A DNA stretch of 32,000 nt from Candidatus Hermodarchaeota archaeon. Lineage in GTDB: Archaea; Asgardarchaeota; Heimdallarchaeia; Hodarchaeales; Hodarchaeaceae. Shown one piece after another: positions 17,367 to 27,033 of the stretch (the first letter of the stretch is position 1; the number at the start of each line of letters is the position of its first letter). Position numbers and translations under genes: made by a program. The stretch lies in assembly GCA_048886185.1 (NCBI GenBank), contig JBHLKY010000005.1, positions 119,001 to 151,000 on the forward strand. Reading direction: 5' to 3'. Under the pieces are notes generated by a model. The model did no database searches. It was not told the DNA's origin and saw nothing but the letters and a program-made list of their open reading frames with translations.

Positions 17367-18128
17367 TTAAGTTCCTTTGTGTAATCGTTCGCCTAATTGC
17401 TCCGGTAGTCCAACTTTCTTGATTCGGAAAGCAACTTCTTCAATATTATAATCAACCTTGATTATCTCTGCTGAAACTGCCTCTAAATCAATAACTGCAT
17501 AACTAGCTCTAGGATCGCGATCACGAGGTTGACCAACACTACCAGGATTACACATTAACAATTCTTGACCTGTATCAGCTGATTTAATCTTATCAACAAA
17601 GGGGATATGCGTGTGACCCAATAATAAGATCCCAATCTCAAATAATTCCATGAAAGGAAAAAGATCCTTCTGTTCGGGAGTATTAGGTCGGATGTATTCG
17701 TCTAAAGGATATTGAGGGGAACCATGAATAATAGAAATACTAATACCATATTTTTTTTCCGATAATGTCCTAGAACTAGGTAATTGGTATACTAATGCTT
17801 TTTCTTCAGGAGTTAAGACAGCAGCCTGCCATTTAATGGCCTGTTGAGCGTACCTATTAAATTTTTCAATATATTTGTCAAAATTGGCAATGTCTCTGCC
17901 CCCACCGCCGATGGCGTGATCATGGTTTCCTTTAGTGACAACAGTGAACTTTCTTTCATTAATTATCCGATTGATCACATCATTTGGATCTGGGCCATAC
18001 CCAATAAGGTCTCCTGGGCATAGAAATTCGGTAATATCAGCAAAATTCTGTAGAATATCATTTAATACGGCATCCAAAGCAACTATATTTGCATGAATAT
18101 CTGAGATGACAGCTAGTGAGTATGCCAC
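17367..18128 (-). CDS. Calcineurin-like metallophosphoesterase (MJ0912/YfcE-related)
   Basis: SDIHAN, GDLIGYGP, GNHD, HGSP, GHTH and NPGSVGQPRD motifs. GAGGT upstream of the GTG start. Confidence 0.9.
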   Translation of the reverse strand: MAYSLAVISDIHANIVALDAVLNDILQNFADITEFLCPGDLIGYGPDPNDVINRIINERKFTVVTKGNHDHAIGGGGRDIANFDKYIEKFNRYAQQAIKWQAAVLTPEEKALVYQLPSSRTLSEKKYGISISIIHGSPQYPLDEYIRPNTPEQKDLFPFMELFEIGILLLGHTHIPFVDKIKSADTGQELLMCNPGSVGQPRDRDPRASYAVIDLEAVSAEIIKVDYNIEEVAFRIKKVGLPEQLGERLHKGT

Positions 18129-18370
18129 TAATTAAACCTCTAAACCCAATGATTGGGCTCCAACATTTATGAATACATGGAAATAAACACTTATACTAAT
18201 TTTTTATACTTAGAAAACATGTATGAGATTATTCAAAATGAGTATTTAATATACTTTGCAAAAGCATATCCAGATTAATCAATCATCGGAAATGTTTGAT
18301 TGATAAAGCAGTCTTGGTTTTTAATGTTTTTATTTAAAACAAACCTGTTAGAAATTTAGAGAAGATTTAT

Positions 18371-18868
18371 ATGCCATTTACACCATTTCATTGGGGAATA
18401 AGTCTCTTTATTCAGTCTATTTTATTTTTCTTAGATCCTTTAGCTCTTTTTATTGGTAGTGTGTTACCAGATATTGAAGGAATAACAGCATTGTTTATTC
18501 TACCAGGAATGGGTCTCCCTCTGCACGGCCCTTTACATTCATTCACAGGGGCAGCTTTTTTGGGCTTGATTACAGGAATGGGTTCTTGGTCTTTTTTTAA
18601 ATATGTATTCCCATTTTTTCTTAAGTTTTTTCAAGTGAAAGTGCCTTTTAATTATCCTGAATATTCATTATCGAACTCTCTTCTTAGTGCCAATATAGGC
18701 ACTTTCTCGCATATCCTTCTTGATGCTCCTTTATATAATGAGATGGATCTACTTTATCCTCTAGGAATAGGAAATCCGTTGTATGGAAGTGTTTCTGAAG
18801 TATATTTACTGTGTATTTTTGGATTTATCTTTGGTAGTCTTTTTCTAACTATTCGCTTGATAAAGTAG
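18371..18868 (+). CDS. Membrane-bound metal-dependent hydrolase-like protein (DUF4184/YdjM-like)
   Basis: MPFTPFH start, GSVLPD, HGPLHSF, SHILLD and several hydrophobic segments. Confidence 0.7.
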   Translation: MPFTPFHWGISLFIQSILFFLDPLALFIGSVLPDIEGITALFILPGMGLPLHGPLHSFTGAAFLGLITGMGSWSFFKYVFPFFLKFFQVKVPFNYPEYSLSNSLLSANIGTFSHILLDAPLYNEMDLLYPLGIGNPLYGSVSEVYLLCIFGFIFGSLFLTIRLIK

Positions 18869-18899
18869 GAAAATCCTCTTGACAATCATAAATAATTTC

Positions 18900-20309
18900 T
18901 TAATGTTGTTTTAATTCAAATACAAACTTTATTAAATCGTTTAATGTTTCCACTTGGTATATTTCTGCTCCTACACCTTGGAAATACTGCACAACGGAAT
19001 CACCAGTATTCCACCGAATTTGTTTTTCAGGGTTCAAAATAATTACTCTCTTTGAGGGTAGTACCATTTTCTCTAAAAGTTCAGCACTAATTGGTCTAGT
19101 GACACTCCACATCCCATCATAATCTCGACAATCTCCTAGAATTAATACAGTAGTCCTACGAGATAGAGGTCGATATTTAGTAAGGACAAAAAAATCTTCG
19201 AATGAAGATTGGTAATCCGAATGAATTCTCCTAGTCCGAAGTGTCTTTTCCCAACATTTTTCTCTATCTTTAAGAGCACGGTCAATAGTTTTTCTCTCGA
19301 GAGCGTCTGTAACCTCTACCATAGTGTTATCAAATTCAAAAATGCGAATTTTCCTAAATACATTTTGAGCTGCATATGTTATCACAAAAAACCAGTCAGC
19401 TACCCATCTTGTTGAACCAGAAACATCATTAAGAATGATAATTTCAGGATCCTGAATTCTTTTTTGTCTTTGAACAAGATCAAGAGGGGTTCCATTATTG
19501 GCTAAGTTTTTACGAAACGTTCGCCGAAAATCAAGTTTTCCAGACTTGGCAAGTTTCCGACGACGTTTTTCCCGAGAAGCTAAAATACGCCCAATCTCTA
19601 TAAGCTGCTCTTTTACATTTGAGACTGCTATAGATAGATAGGATAAATCATTGTAGAGAAAGGAGTCTATTGAAGAGATATCTGCTGGTCTTTCCTGTTG
19701 AAGATGTTCTAACTTATTGGAATCTTCTCTGAATTGTTCTTGAAATCGTTTAGTCATAGCTTGATCAAACATTTGAAGATTTATTCCTAGTTGTATAGTT
19801 TCTTCTGGTAACTCTAGACGTTGATTTTGTGGTAAATCACGAATAGGTACTCTAATTCCAAAAGCTAAACGAAAAGCTCGTTGTAAATCAGCTTGTAAAC
19901 TAATAAACCCAGCTACTGGTGATTGACTTGATGATGAATCTGCCCCTCTGCTATTTAGTATTTCTACTCGTTGAACTGCTTGATCAATTTCACTTTCTAG
20001 TAACATTTGGCCAATCTCTTGGTGATCTGGATCCTCTAATCGTTCAATAAATCTTTTTTTAGCTCGTTCATAAGCTTGTTTCTCTCGATTTATAATGGGC
20101 TGCCGTTTAAAGAAAGAATTGAACGCTATATCAAAAATGTGGATATCTTCACGTTTTCTCACAATAGAGGCTCTCAAACCAAATTGTAATGCCTCTTTTT
20201 CTCGAGTCCCAATAATTTGATAAGCTTTTTGAGCTGTGATGGTTTCATCTGGGGCAACAGGCATTCCAAGATATCGTAATAAAGCAACAAAATCTAGAAT
20301 GACTCCCAT
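18900..20309 (-). CDS. VWA domain protein, CoxE-like
   Basis: LDFRRTFRKNL, MIDAS-like DVSGS, ILGDCRD, LNPE..WNTGDS; directly downstream of a MoxR ATPase. Confidence 0.85.
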   Translation of the reverse strand: MGVILDFVALLRYLGMPVAPDETITAQKAYQIIGTREKEALQFGLRASIVRKREDIHIFDIAFNSFFKRQPIINREKQAYERAKKRFIERLEDPDHQEIGQMLLESEIDQAVQRVEILNSRGADSSSSQSPVAGFISLQADLQRAFRLAFGIRVPIRDLPQNQRLELPEETIQLGINLQMFDQAMTKRFQEQFREDSNKLEHLQQERPADISSIDSFLYNDLSYLSIAVSNVKEQLIEIGRILASREKRRRKLAKSGKLDFRRTFRKNLANNGTPLDLVQRQKRIQDPEIIILNDVSGSTRWVADWFFVITYAAQNVFRKIRIFEFDNTMVEVTDALERKTIDRALKDREKCWEKTLRTRRIHSDYQSSFEDFFVLTKYRPLSRRTTVLILGDCRDYDGMWSVTRPISAELLEKMVLPSKRVIILNPEKQIRWNTGDSVVQYFQGVGAEIYQVETLNDLIKFVFELKQH

Positions 20310-20323
20310 TAACGTGATTCTCC

Positions 20324-21199
20324 CTACTTAGTGCCTAATCGTATGATTTCCTTCAGCTGACTTTCTAATCGATTGATATCTTCTTGATACTTCAAGAGGA
20401 CAGTTATGGTTTCTTTCAAGGCGGATTCATCAATGTGTTCCTTACCTAAGAGTACAAGTGCTTTAGCCCAATCTATCGTTTCTGCAATTGATGGAACTTT
20501 ACGTAAATCATATTGTCTAATCTGATTGACAATTCCTGCAATACTTGAAATAAGCGGGTCATCAAAGTTTCTTCCTGTATGAGCTGCAAGAATTTGGCGC
20601 TCGCGTTCAAGGGTAGGGAAGTCAATATATAAGAAAAGACACCGTCGTCGAAGCGGTTCACTTAAATCACGACTAGAATTACTAGTTAGAACAACAACAC
20701 GTTTCTCATTGCTTGAATAAAATGTACCTAATTCTGGAATTGTAATCTGGCGTTCCCCAAGCGCTTCTAATAAAAAAGCTTCAAACTCTTCATCAGATTT
20801 ATCGATTTCGTCTATCAACAAGACGTTCGGATCATTTTCGATAAAAGAAAGGAATAACGGTCTTTTAATAAAGAACTTCTTTGAGAAAATATCTTCTAAA
20901 TCCATTGGAGCTTTTGAAGAGGATTTTTGCCTTTCTAACTCAATTTGTAACAGTTGACGCTTGTAATCAAATTCTCCAATAACACTTTCAAATGTAATTC
21001 CCTCATAACACTGAATACGATATAATTTCCAATCTAGCGCTTTTGCCATAGAAATAGCAACACTAGTTTTTCCTGTTCCTGCAGGCCCTTCTATTAAAAT
21101 AGGACGGTTTAACTTTAAAGCCAGATCAAGTGTAATATCAATCTCAGGGTTAGAAATATACTTCTGAGCAGCCAGATCAATGTTAGATAAAGATGTCAT
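20324..21199 (-). CDS. MoxR-family AAA+ ATPase, CoxD-like
   Basis: EGPAGTGKT, RIQCYEGI, VLLIDEIDKSDEEFEAFLLE, LTSN..RDLSEPLRRRC. Confidence 0.92.
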   Translation of the reverse strand: MTSLSNIDLAAQKYISNPEIDITLDLALKLNRPILIEGPAGTGKTSVAISMAKALDWKLYRIQCYEGITFESVIGEFDYKRQLLQIELERQKSSSKAPMDLEDIFSKKFFIKRPLFLSFIENDPNVLLIDEIDKSDEEFEAFLLEALGERQITIPELGTFYSSNEKRVVVLTSNSSRDLSEPLRRRCLFLYIDFPTLERERQILAAHTGRNFDDPLISSIAGIVNQIRQYDLRKVPSIAETIDWAKALVLLGKEHIDESALKETITVLLKYQEDINRLESQLKEIIRLGTK

Positions 21200-21301
21200 T
21201 AACCGTTACTCCGAGTATACAAACTCTAAATAAGAAAAAATAAGATTTACTGAAATATTCCTTAAAAAAGAATATTAAGGTATTCCTAAAAATTATATAT
21301 T

Positions 21302-21772
21302 ATGGATATTAACAACGCAATTAATGACCTTCTAGTTAAATTCGTCCAATCAGCCGCAGGTATAAAGCAGATAATGCTTTCTGATGCAACTGGATTAGTA
21401 ATTTCAAAAGTAACCAAGGATGTAAATCATTCAGATTTTGAAGGATTCGCTTCAATTTCTACCGCGCTTTATCTTGGCATGTCTGAACTAAAACTAGGCC
21501 CACTGGGATTCAGCCTCGCAGACTTCCCTGAGAATAATCTTTTGTTGTTTGGAGTAACGAAGGAGCACGTATTAATAGTTATAACTTATAAGAATATATC
21601 GATCAACAAGTTAAAGACATCTCTAAGGGTGTTAAGTGAAAAGATTTCCCAACAGTTAGATCTTTGGAAAACAGCCGAAAATATCGAAATGAAACAGCAG
21701 GAAGTTATCGAAAAATCAGTTGGGCTATCAAAAGAGGAATTTAATCAATTATTAGATGAATTGTCATTTTAA
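21302..21772 (+). CDS. Roadblock/LC7 (MglB-like) domain protein with helical C-terminal extension
   Basis: GIKQIMLSDATGLVI, FASISTALY and the five-stranded roadblock pattern (FSLADF..NNLLLF...VLIVIT). Confidence 0.82.
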   Translation: MDINNAINDLLVKFVQSAAGIKQIMLSDATGLVISKVTKDVNHSDFEGFASISTALYLGMSELKLGPLGFSLADFPENNLLLFGVTKEHVLIVITYKNISINKLKTSLRVLSEKISQQLDLWKTAENIEMKQQEVIEKSVGLSKEEFNQLLDELSF

Positions 21773-21857
21773 TATGTACCACTCTGAAATATTTCCTGTA
21801 ACTTTTAAAATAAATAAAGGTTTATCAATAATCTTTACCTCTTTTGCTTTTGATAAT

Positions 21858-22457
21858 TTACACAGATAGATGATCTTTTAGAATTTTCTTAGCCTGTTTA
21901 AAAACTTCTTTTTCGCTTCCGCTAAGAGTGAATACGGGGACATCATAGAGATTCTGAAACTTTATTAATATTTGAGAAATACTCTCATGCATCTCATTTC
22001 TCCATTCAGGATCAATAGACCTAAAATTATCATCTTCAATTTCTTCTATCTCGAAAGGTTGAATAAAGAAGAAAAGACTATAACTTTGAGAATAATCGAA
22101 AATCTCTTGCTCTTTTTGTTTGATCACATTTTCTTCTAAGTTACTTTTAACCGCTGCTCTTTTCCAGTAAACAAAATTATCGATTACTCCTCGATCGGTT
22201 ATAATAACATGATGTCTGGGTTTAAGTTCCATCTCTTTCTGTATTTGATGATCTAATATCCAATCCTGAGCTTCAACAGAAGCATCTTCGTTAATAGGAT
22301 CAGGACAATCTCGAGCAACTTCTCCTATCATACCAACGTTAATTCCATTGGTTCTTAGATAATTAGATAGTTTCGTGGAAAGTTGGGTCTTACCAACACA
22401 TTGTGCACCAATAATCGCAATGGTCTCTGAAACCTGCGAGTTTTTTTTCATTTTCAT
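21858..22457 (-). CDS. P-loop kinase-like NTPase (AAA_28 / NadR-like family)
   Basis: IAIIGAQCVGKT, GEVAR, IITDRGVIDNFVY, DDNFR motifs. Confidence 0.75.
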   Translation of the reverse strand: MKMKKNSQVSETIAIIGAQCVGKTQLSTKLSNYLRTNGINVGMIGEVARDCPDPINEDASVEAQDWILDHQIQKEMELKPRHHVIITDRGVIDNFVYWKRAAVKSNLEENVIKQKEQEIFDYSQSYSLFFFIQPFEIEEIEDDNFRSIDPEWRNEMHESISQILIKFQNLYDVPVFTLSGSEKEVFKQAKKILKDHLSV

Positions 22458-22734
22458 TCATTTACTGTCTTTTAGACTGACTAGAATAGAGTTAAGCCAT
22501 TTGTAGAAAAAATAGTAGACCCAAAAAAATGTTTCGTTGTTTACTTTCCTGTCGTCAAACGGTAATTGTACTCAAAAAATGTTAAACAGAATTAAAAACT
22601 AAAGAAAAATTTTAATTACATTTATTCTCCTCCTCTAGCTATTCCTGTATCTACAAAGAACAGAATGTCTCCTACATCATGAATTTTTCCCCAAACAAAA
22701 ATGAAATGTACTCTAATAATGGAAATTGAATCGC

Positions 22735-23874
22735 TTAGGAATCTGGAATTAAATACTGGTGCAATTTTATTAGACCTAAAATTTCTCCACACGACTCCTC
22801 ATTAATTACATGGTAATTACTTTGATTGTACCAACAAACGACTTTTTCCTGACCATTGAACTTTAATACTGAGGATTTTAAGAGCCCTTTCACTCCTTTT
22901 GCGTTTTTCTTACAAAAGCCACATTCACTGCAGCTTCGTGCAGTATTAAATAATAGTCTTTGAACAGGAATAGGTGCCATATGCGATATTGATGTAATCC
23001 TATTCATGGCAACAAATTTCACTGTCATCCTCACAGTATTCAGATAAATGGCATCATAAATTAGAACAAATAAAGGTGTAGTCTTGATTTTATTGTTAGT
23101 ATAATTAATTTCCAAGGTAGTATCATTATCAAGTCTTAATCCACATTTAAAACCACTAGTACAGAGAAATGAATGAATTATTTCATAGTTAGCATATTCT
23201 GACTCTGTAAACAGTCTTAAAATTAGCTCGTCAACTTCAAATTTATATCCTGAATTTATAATTCGAAGATCACACCTTCTAAAAAAATAATGGTTTAGTT
23301 TACCAGTTTTTTCAGAGATCTTAGCAAACTGAGTCAATAATAGAATCAATTTGCTGTTTTCATCTGCTTTAATCACTGTAGAGGATTCTCCATGTTCGAT
23401 ATGTAACCCTAAATATCCCACAAAATCTAAAATTTTAGCTTTTATCCTTTTTTGCGTTTTCATGAATTTTAAATAATCATTTGTCGGGATTACGAGATTA
23501 TTATTACTAACTTCTCCCTGAAGACTCGCAGTATAGAGAAAATCTAAAAAGTCAGCTATAGGTTTTCTTACTTTTCCAAGGGCTTTGTTTAATTCTTTAT
23601 TTTTACTTCTTTGTTCTTCATCTTTCAGTTGTATTGGTAATAAATCAGGGAATCCAATCGAATTGTTATACCCCCCTTGATATAACTTGTTAAAAAAAGT
23701 CCATAATTCCTTAAACTCCTCATTATTGTTATTGTCATTATCATAATCAGAAAATAACTGCAAGAAGAAGGAGAAGATCTGCTCTGAAAAGGTAGAAGGA
23801 GCGATTTCTCTGTAATTCATTATTTTCACTTCAGTAGATAGGCTATTTAAATATCTAGGATGAATATTTACCAT
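22735..23874 (-). CDS. Hypothetical protein with C-terminal Cys cluster (CxxCxxC...C)
   Basis: 379-codon open frame in AT-rich DNA; CSECGFC...VVCWY near the C-terminus; no family recognised. Confidence 0.7.
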   Translation of the reverse strand: MVNIHPRYLNSLSTEVKIMNYREIAPSTFSEQIFSFFLQLFSDYDNDNNNNEEFKELWTFFNKLYQGGYNNSIGFPDLLPIQLKDEEQRSKNKELNKALGKVRKPIADFLDFLYTASLQGEVSNNNLVIPTNDYLKFMKTQKRIKAKILDFVGYLGLHIEHGESSTVIKADENSKLILLLTQFAKISEKTGKLNHYFFRRCDLRIINSGYKFEVDELILRLFTESEYANYEIIHSFLCTSGFKCGLRLDNDTTLEINYTNNKIKTTPLFVLIYDAIYLNTVRMTVKFVAMNRITSISHMAPIPVQRLLFNTARSCSECGFCKKNAKGVKGLLKSSVLKFNGQEKVVCWYNQSNYHVINEESCGEILGLIKLHQYLIPDS

Positions 23875-24072
23875 GTTTAGATTTTCAAACTGGAAACTCG
23901 TTCAAAATGCTTTATATTTCTCGTTAAGATGTCCGTTTTGGCTTTAAGATAATTAAGTAATTAAAGAGTCTTTCAAACTAATTTCATTCCCTTATTTTTA
24001 AATTTTGAAGTATGTATGTAGATCTATCTGCTGAGAGCCCTAGGAAATGCTCTATTAAGAATATTTGAGCAT

Positions 24073-24654
24073 TTATTTCAGTTTCCTTCCGATTTTCCAA
24101 GCATGATTCATCACATCTTCCTTCTTATCTACAGTATCATCTTCAGTTAGACCAATATGGGGCACAACCAAGCGTTCTATTACTGGAATGTCTAAAACTT
24201 TCATCACTACATTTATGGGTTCAATGGTTTCTTGAAATAAGTTGGTACATCCTTGAACAATAATAATAGCTTTTTTGCCCCTAGGTACCCTAGAATGCAT
24301 GGTTACTTGTCGTTGATCATCAACCTCGTAAATTAATTGACTTGTACAAAAGCGATCGAGCCAATTTTTCATATACCCGGTTACTGAGCGATTAATAGAG
24401 GGAGTGGCTACAATGAGTAAATCTGATTTAAAAACTTGTTCAAGATGCTCCTGAAACCCATCATCAATGGAACAAACTCCTGTATCGTAACATTCACGGC
24501 ACCAATTACAATAATCTAAGTGAAGATCAATCAAATGTACTATTTCACAGTGATGGCTCTGTTGGCGAGCACCTCGGAAAATTTCATTAATGAGTTTAAC
24601 GGTATTCCCATTTTTATGAGGACTACCATTGATTGCTAAGATTTTCATACACAA
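24073..24654 (-). CDS. Iron-sulfur flavoprotein (Isf) / flavodoxin-like FMN reductase
   Basis: GSPHKNGNT, compact Cys motif CNWCRECYDTGVC (Cx2Cx2Cx5C), ATPS, MKNWLDR. Confidence 0.88.
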   Translation of the reverse strand: MCMKILAINGSPHKNGNTVKLINEIFRGARQQSHHCEIVHLIDLHLDYCNWCRECYDTGVCSIDDGFQEHLEQVFKSDLLIVATPSINRSVTGYMKNWLDRFCTSQLIYEVDDQRQVTMHSRVPRGKKAIIIVQGCTNLFQETIEPINVVMKVLDIPVIERLVVPHIGLTEDDTVDKKEDVMNHAWKIGRKLK

Positions 24655-24782
24655 AACCCTTCAGAAAGGAAAAAAAGGATTTTTGGCTCTAGACAAATAA
24701 ACGATTAAAAGATTTTATTACATTTAAAATAAAAGAATACGGTTTTTTAAATTGCCATAAAAAGCTGGTTTAGGTTAAAAAA

Positions 24783-24800
24783 TATATACTAGGGTATATA
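24783..24800. promoter_or_regulatory. Perfect 7-bp inverted repeat in the divergent promoter region (candidate operator)
   Basis: TATATAC-tagg-GTATATA at 24783-24800, between the divergent Isf and flavin-reductase genes. Confidence 0.35.
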
Positions 24801-24948
24801 CCGAACCCTGAAACAGTGTTGGACACTCAAAGAACTCAAGATTGGATATTAACGCTAGAAAATTTCTTTATCCAACATTATACATATAAATGACTTCATG
24901 TTTAAAGTCATAATTTTCGAAAAGTCCTTAACTACTCCCTAGAATCAC

Positions 24949-25689
24949 TTGATGTGTCTGATTGTCCAAAGAAAAAAAGAAGGATATCCCGTGAGAATTG
25001 ATATTCCTGCTATTCCTCCTAAAGAAGTGAATTTTCCTGATTATATTGGCTGGTATTATAGTAATATTTTACTTCCTTATCCGCTTTATATCATTACTAC
25101 TATTGATGAGAAAGGGATCCCGAACGCTCAACCAAACTCTTGGGGATTACCTTTCGGTGATGAATATGCTCAATTCTTTCTCTTTTATGATTGGACATCT
25201 CACCATACAGCCCAGAATATAGCTTCAACTAAAGAGTTTGTCATAAACATTCCTTCAGAAAAGCAGGTTCCCCAAGTCATGAACACAGTAAAGAAATACC
25301 CTAGGGGGGTTGATGAAATTCGCGCATCTGGATTAACTGCAATTCCCTCAAAAGTAGTGAATGTACCAAGAGTGAAAGAATGTATTGCTTATTTTGAATG
25401 TAAAGTACGTTGGTATAAGGAAAGCCACCATCGTGGAGAGAATGATGCTGGAATAATCGTTTTGGGGGAAATAGTAGCTGCTTCAGCAGAAGAAGATGTC
25501 CTATATGGTAATTCATTTGATAAAATACTAAAGATGAAAACTGTGTATATTTTATCTAGGAATGTGGATTTGGAAAAGAAGAGAATTACAAACCTTATGA
25601 CCTATGGAACAATAGATAAGCTTAAAGATTTCCATAAACTAGAACAAGGATTCATAGAGTATATCAAATTAGCTGAAGACAGCGAATAA
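24949..25689 (+). CDS. Flavin reductase-like FMN-binding protein (likely start GTG 24991)
   Basis: YIITTIDEKGIPNAQP, HTAQNI..TKEFVINIP, PRVKECIAYFEC, VLGEIV motifs. Confidence 0.85.
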   Translation: MMCLIVQRKKEGYPVRIDIPAIPPKEVNFPDYIGWYYSNILLPYPLYIITTIDEKGIPNAQPNSWGLPFGDEYAQFFLFYDWTSHHTAQNIASTKEFVINIPSEKQVPQVMNTVKKYPRGVDEIRASGLTAIPSKVVNVPRVKECIAYFECKVRWYKESHHRGENDAGIIVLGEIVAASAEEDVLYGNSFDKILKMKTVYILSRNVDLEKKRITNLMTYGTIDKLKDFHKLEQGFIEYIKLAEDSE

Positions 25690-25782
25690 AGTGGATCCAA
25701 TAACTTGAAACAACCAGAGAAAAAGATTCTGCGAGCACTGCTCATTAAACTCTTATCAAGTTTAGTTAAATTTTCTGATGGC

Positions 25783-27033
25783 TCATCTTGCTTGAGCTAA
25801 TTTGATAGCTAAAGAAAATGTAAGATAAATATTTAATCGTTTTGCTTCTAATCTAAGATATTTTAGTTTTTCAGGTGAAGGATAAGACCTACTTTTGATT
25901 TTAATTCTAAATATTGCTGTTAACGAGTTCTCTTTCTTATCGTGTAATGGAGAACTCCTTAAATGAGCTTTATACATCTTTTCAAGAGTTTGGTTAATGT
26001 TTTCGTCCAAATCAGTTATCGAAAGATCCCAGATAAGATACATCATATTAACAGCAGGCAGTTGATGAAATTCATAGGTGTTATTCTGAATTTCATTATC
26101 TGGGAATCGCAGGTGACCGATAATATATCCCTTTGGCTCGTTCCTTTCAGCAAAACTTACACGTTCAACTGATCCTGGATAAATAATTAATGGATTCTGA
26201 AAAACAGATGAGTTTAAACCGTTCTCATCACTAAAATACCATGATTGATGGTTGTCTTTTTGTTCTGCTAAAAAAAATTTGCTAGTAGATTGAGTTGGAT
26301 TTAGTCTTGTCTTGTACAAAAGCTGAAAACGATGGACATGGCCACAAGCAATATAATGGAATTTTTTGGGGATCTGTAGAAATGAGACTATATTAGCACC
26401 TCTGCGAAAGATAAAATTCTCAATACAAGATCCCTCAATTAACTGATGGATAACTAAAATTTGATAATCAGCTTTTTTTGCAAAGTCTCCAGAACTCTTT
26501 TGTGATGCTTTCTTTATTAGAGTCTTGAATTTTCTCTTTATATTTTCCCTGATGTATGGAAAACCCATTAATTTAATCGAAATACCATTTTTTTTGAAAA
26601 AAAAAGAGCAGGGTTTCGAAAACAAGTTAATATTGTCAGAAAATGGAAGGAGACCAAAGGGAAGCTTACTTCTCTCATGATTTCCAGGTAAAACGAAAAT
26701 TGGAATCCCTTCCCTTGTTGCAAGCTGAAAGGATTGGACTCCACGATCCACGATTTCAGGAGGAGGGTTACTACGATTAAAGAAGTCTCCTGAATGAATT
26801 ATAAAATCTACTTGATGTCTTGATATTGATTTATTTATGAGATCATTTACTTTTTGAAAGAATAATTCTCCATAGGCACGCCGATTCAAATTCTTTGGAT
26901 GTAACGCAAAATGAACCCCAAAGTGGGTATCACTTAGATGTAAAAATCTAACTGAATTCTTATCATTATTCACTTGCATTGAGACCGCCTCTATAACGAT
27001 CCTAATGTTTAATATTTTAGAATTTGAGAACAT
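25783..27033 (-). CDS. Mre11/SbcD-like metallophosphoesterase nuclease, standalone
   Basis: HLSDTHFG, IHSGDFF, GNHE, GHVH and YPGSVERVSFAE..EPKGY motifs. Confidence 0.82.
   Translation of the reverse strand: MFSNSKILNIRIVIEAVSMQVNNDKNSVRFLHLSDTHFGVHFALHPKNLNRRAYGELFFQKVNDLINKSISRHQVDFIIHSGDFFNRSNPPPEIVDRGVQSFQLATREGIPIFVLPGNHERSKLPFGLLPFSDNINLFSKPCSFFFKKNGISIKLMGFPYIRENIKRKFKTLIKKASQKSSGDFAKKADYQILVIHQLIEGSCIENFIFRRGANIVSFLQIPKKFHYIACGHVHRFQLLYKTRLNPTQSTSKFFLAEQKDNHQSWYFSDENGLNSSVFQNPLIIYPGSVERVSFAERNEPKGYIIGHLRFPDNEIQNNTYEFHQLPAVNMMYLIWDLSITDLDENINQTLEKMYKAHLRSSPLHDKKENSLTAIFRIKIKSRSYPSPEKLKYLRLEAKRLNIYLTFSLAIKLAQAR

Noticed and set aside
17367-18128. Calling the phosphoesterase a Vps29 (retromer) ortholog because it sits next to Rab-like genes
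   Set aside because: It has a complete GNHD/HGSP/GHTH/NPGSVGQPRD set typical of the widespread MJ0912-like family; a shared fold does not establish orthology.
639-21772. Treating longin, two Rabs and roadblock as one functional cluster
   Set aside because: They are spread over ~21 kb among unrelated genes, and these families are abundant in Asgard genomes, so co-occurrence in a window is expected by chance.
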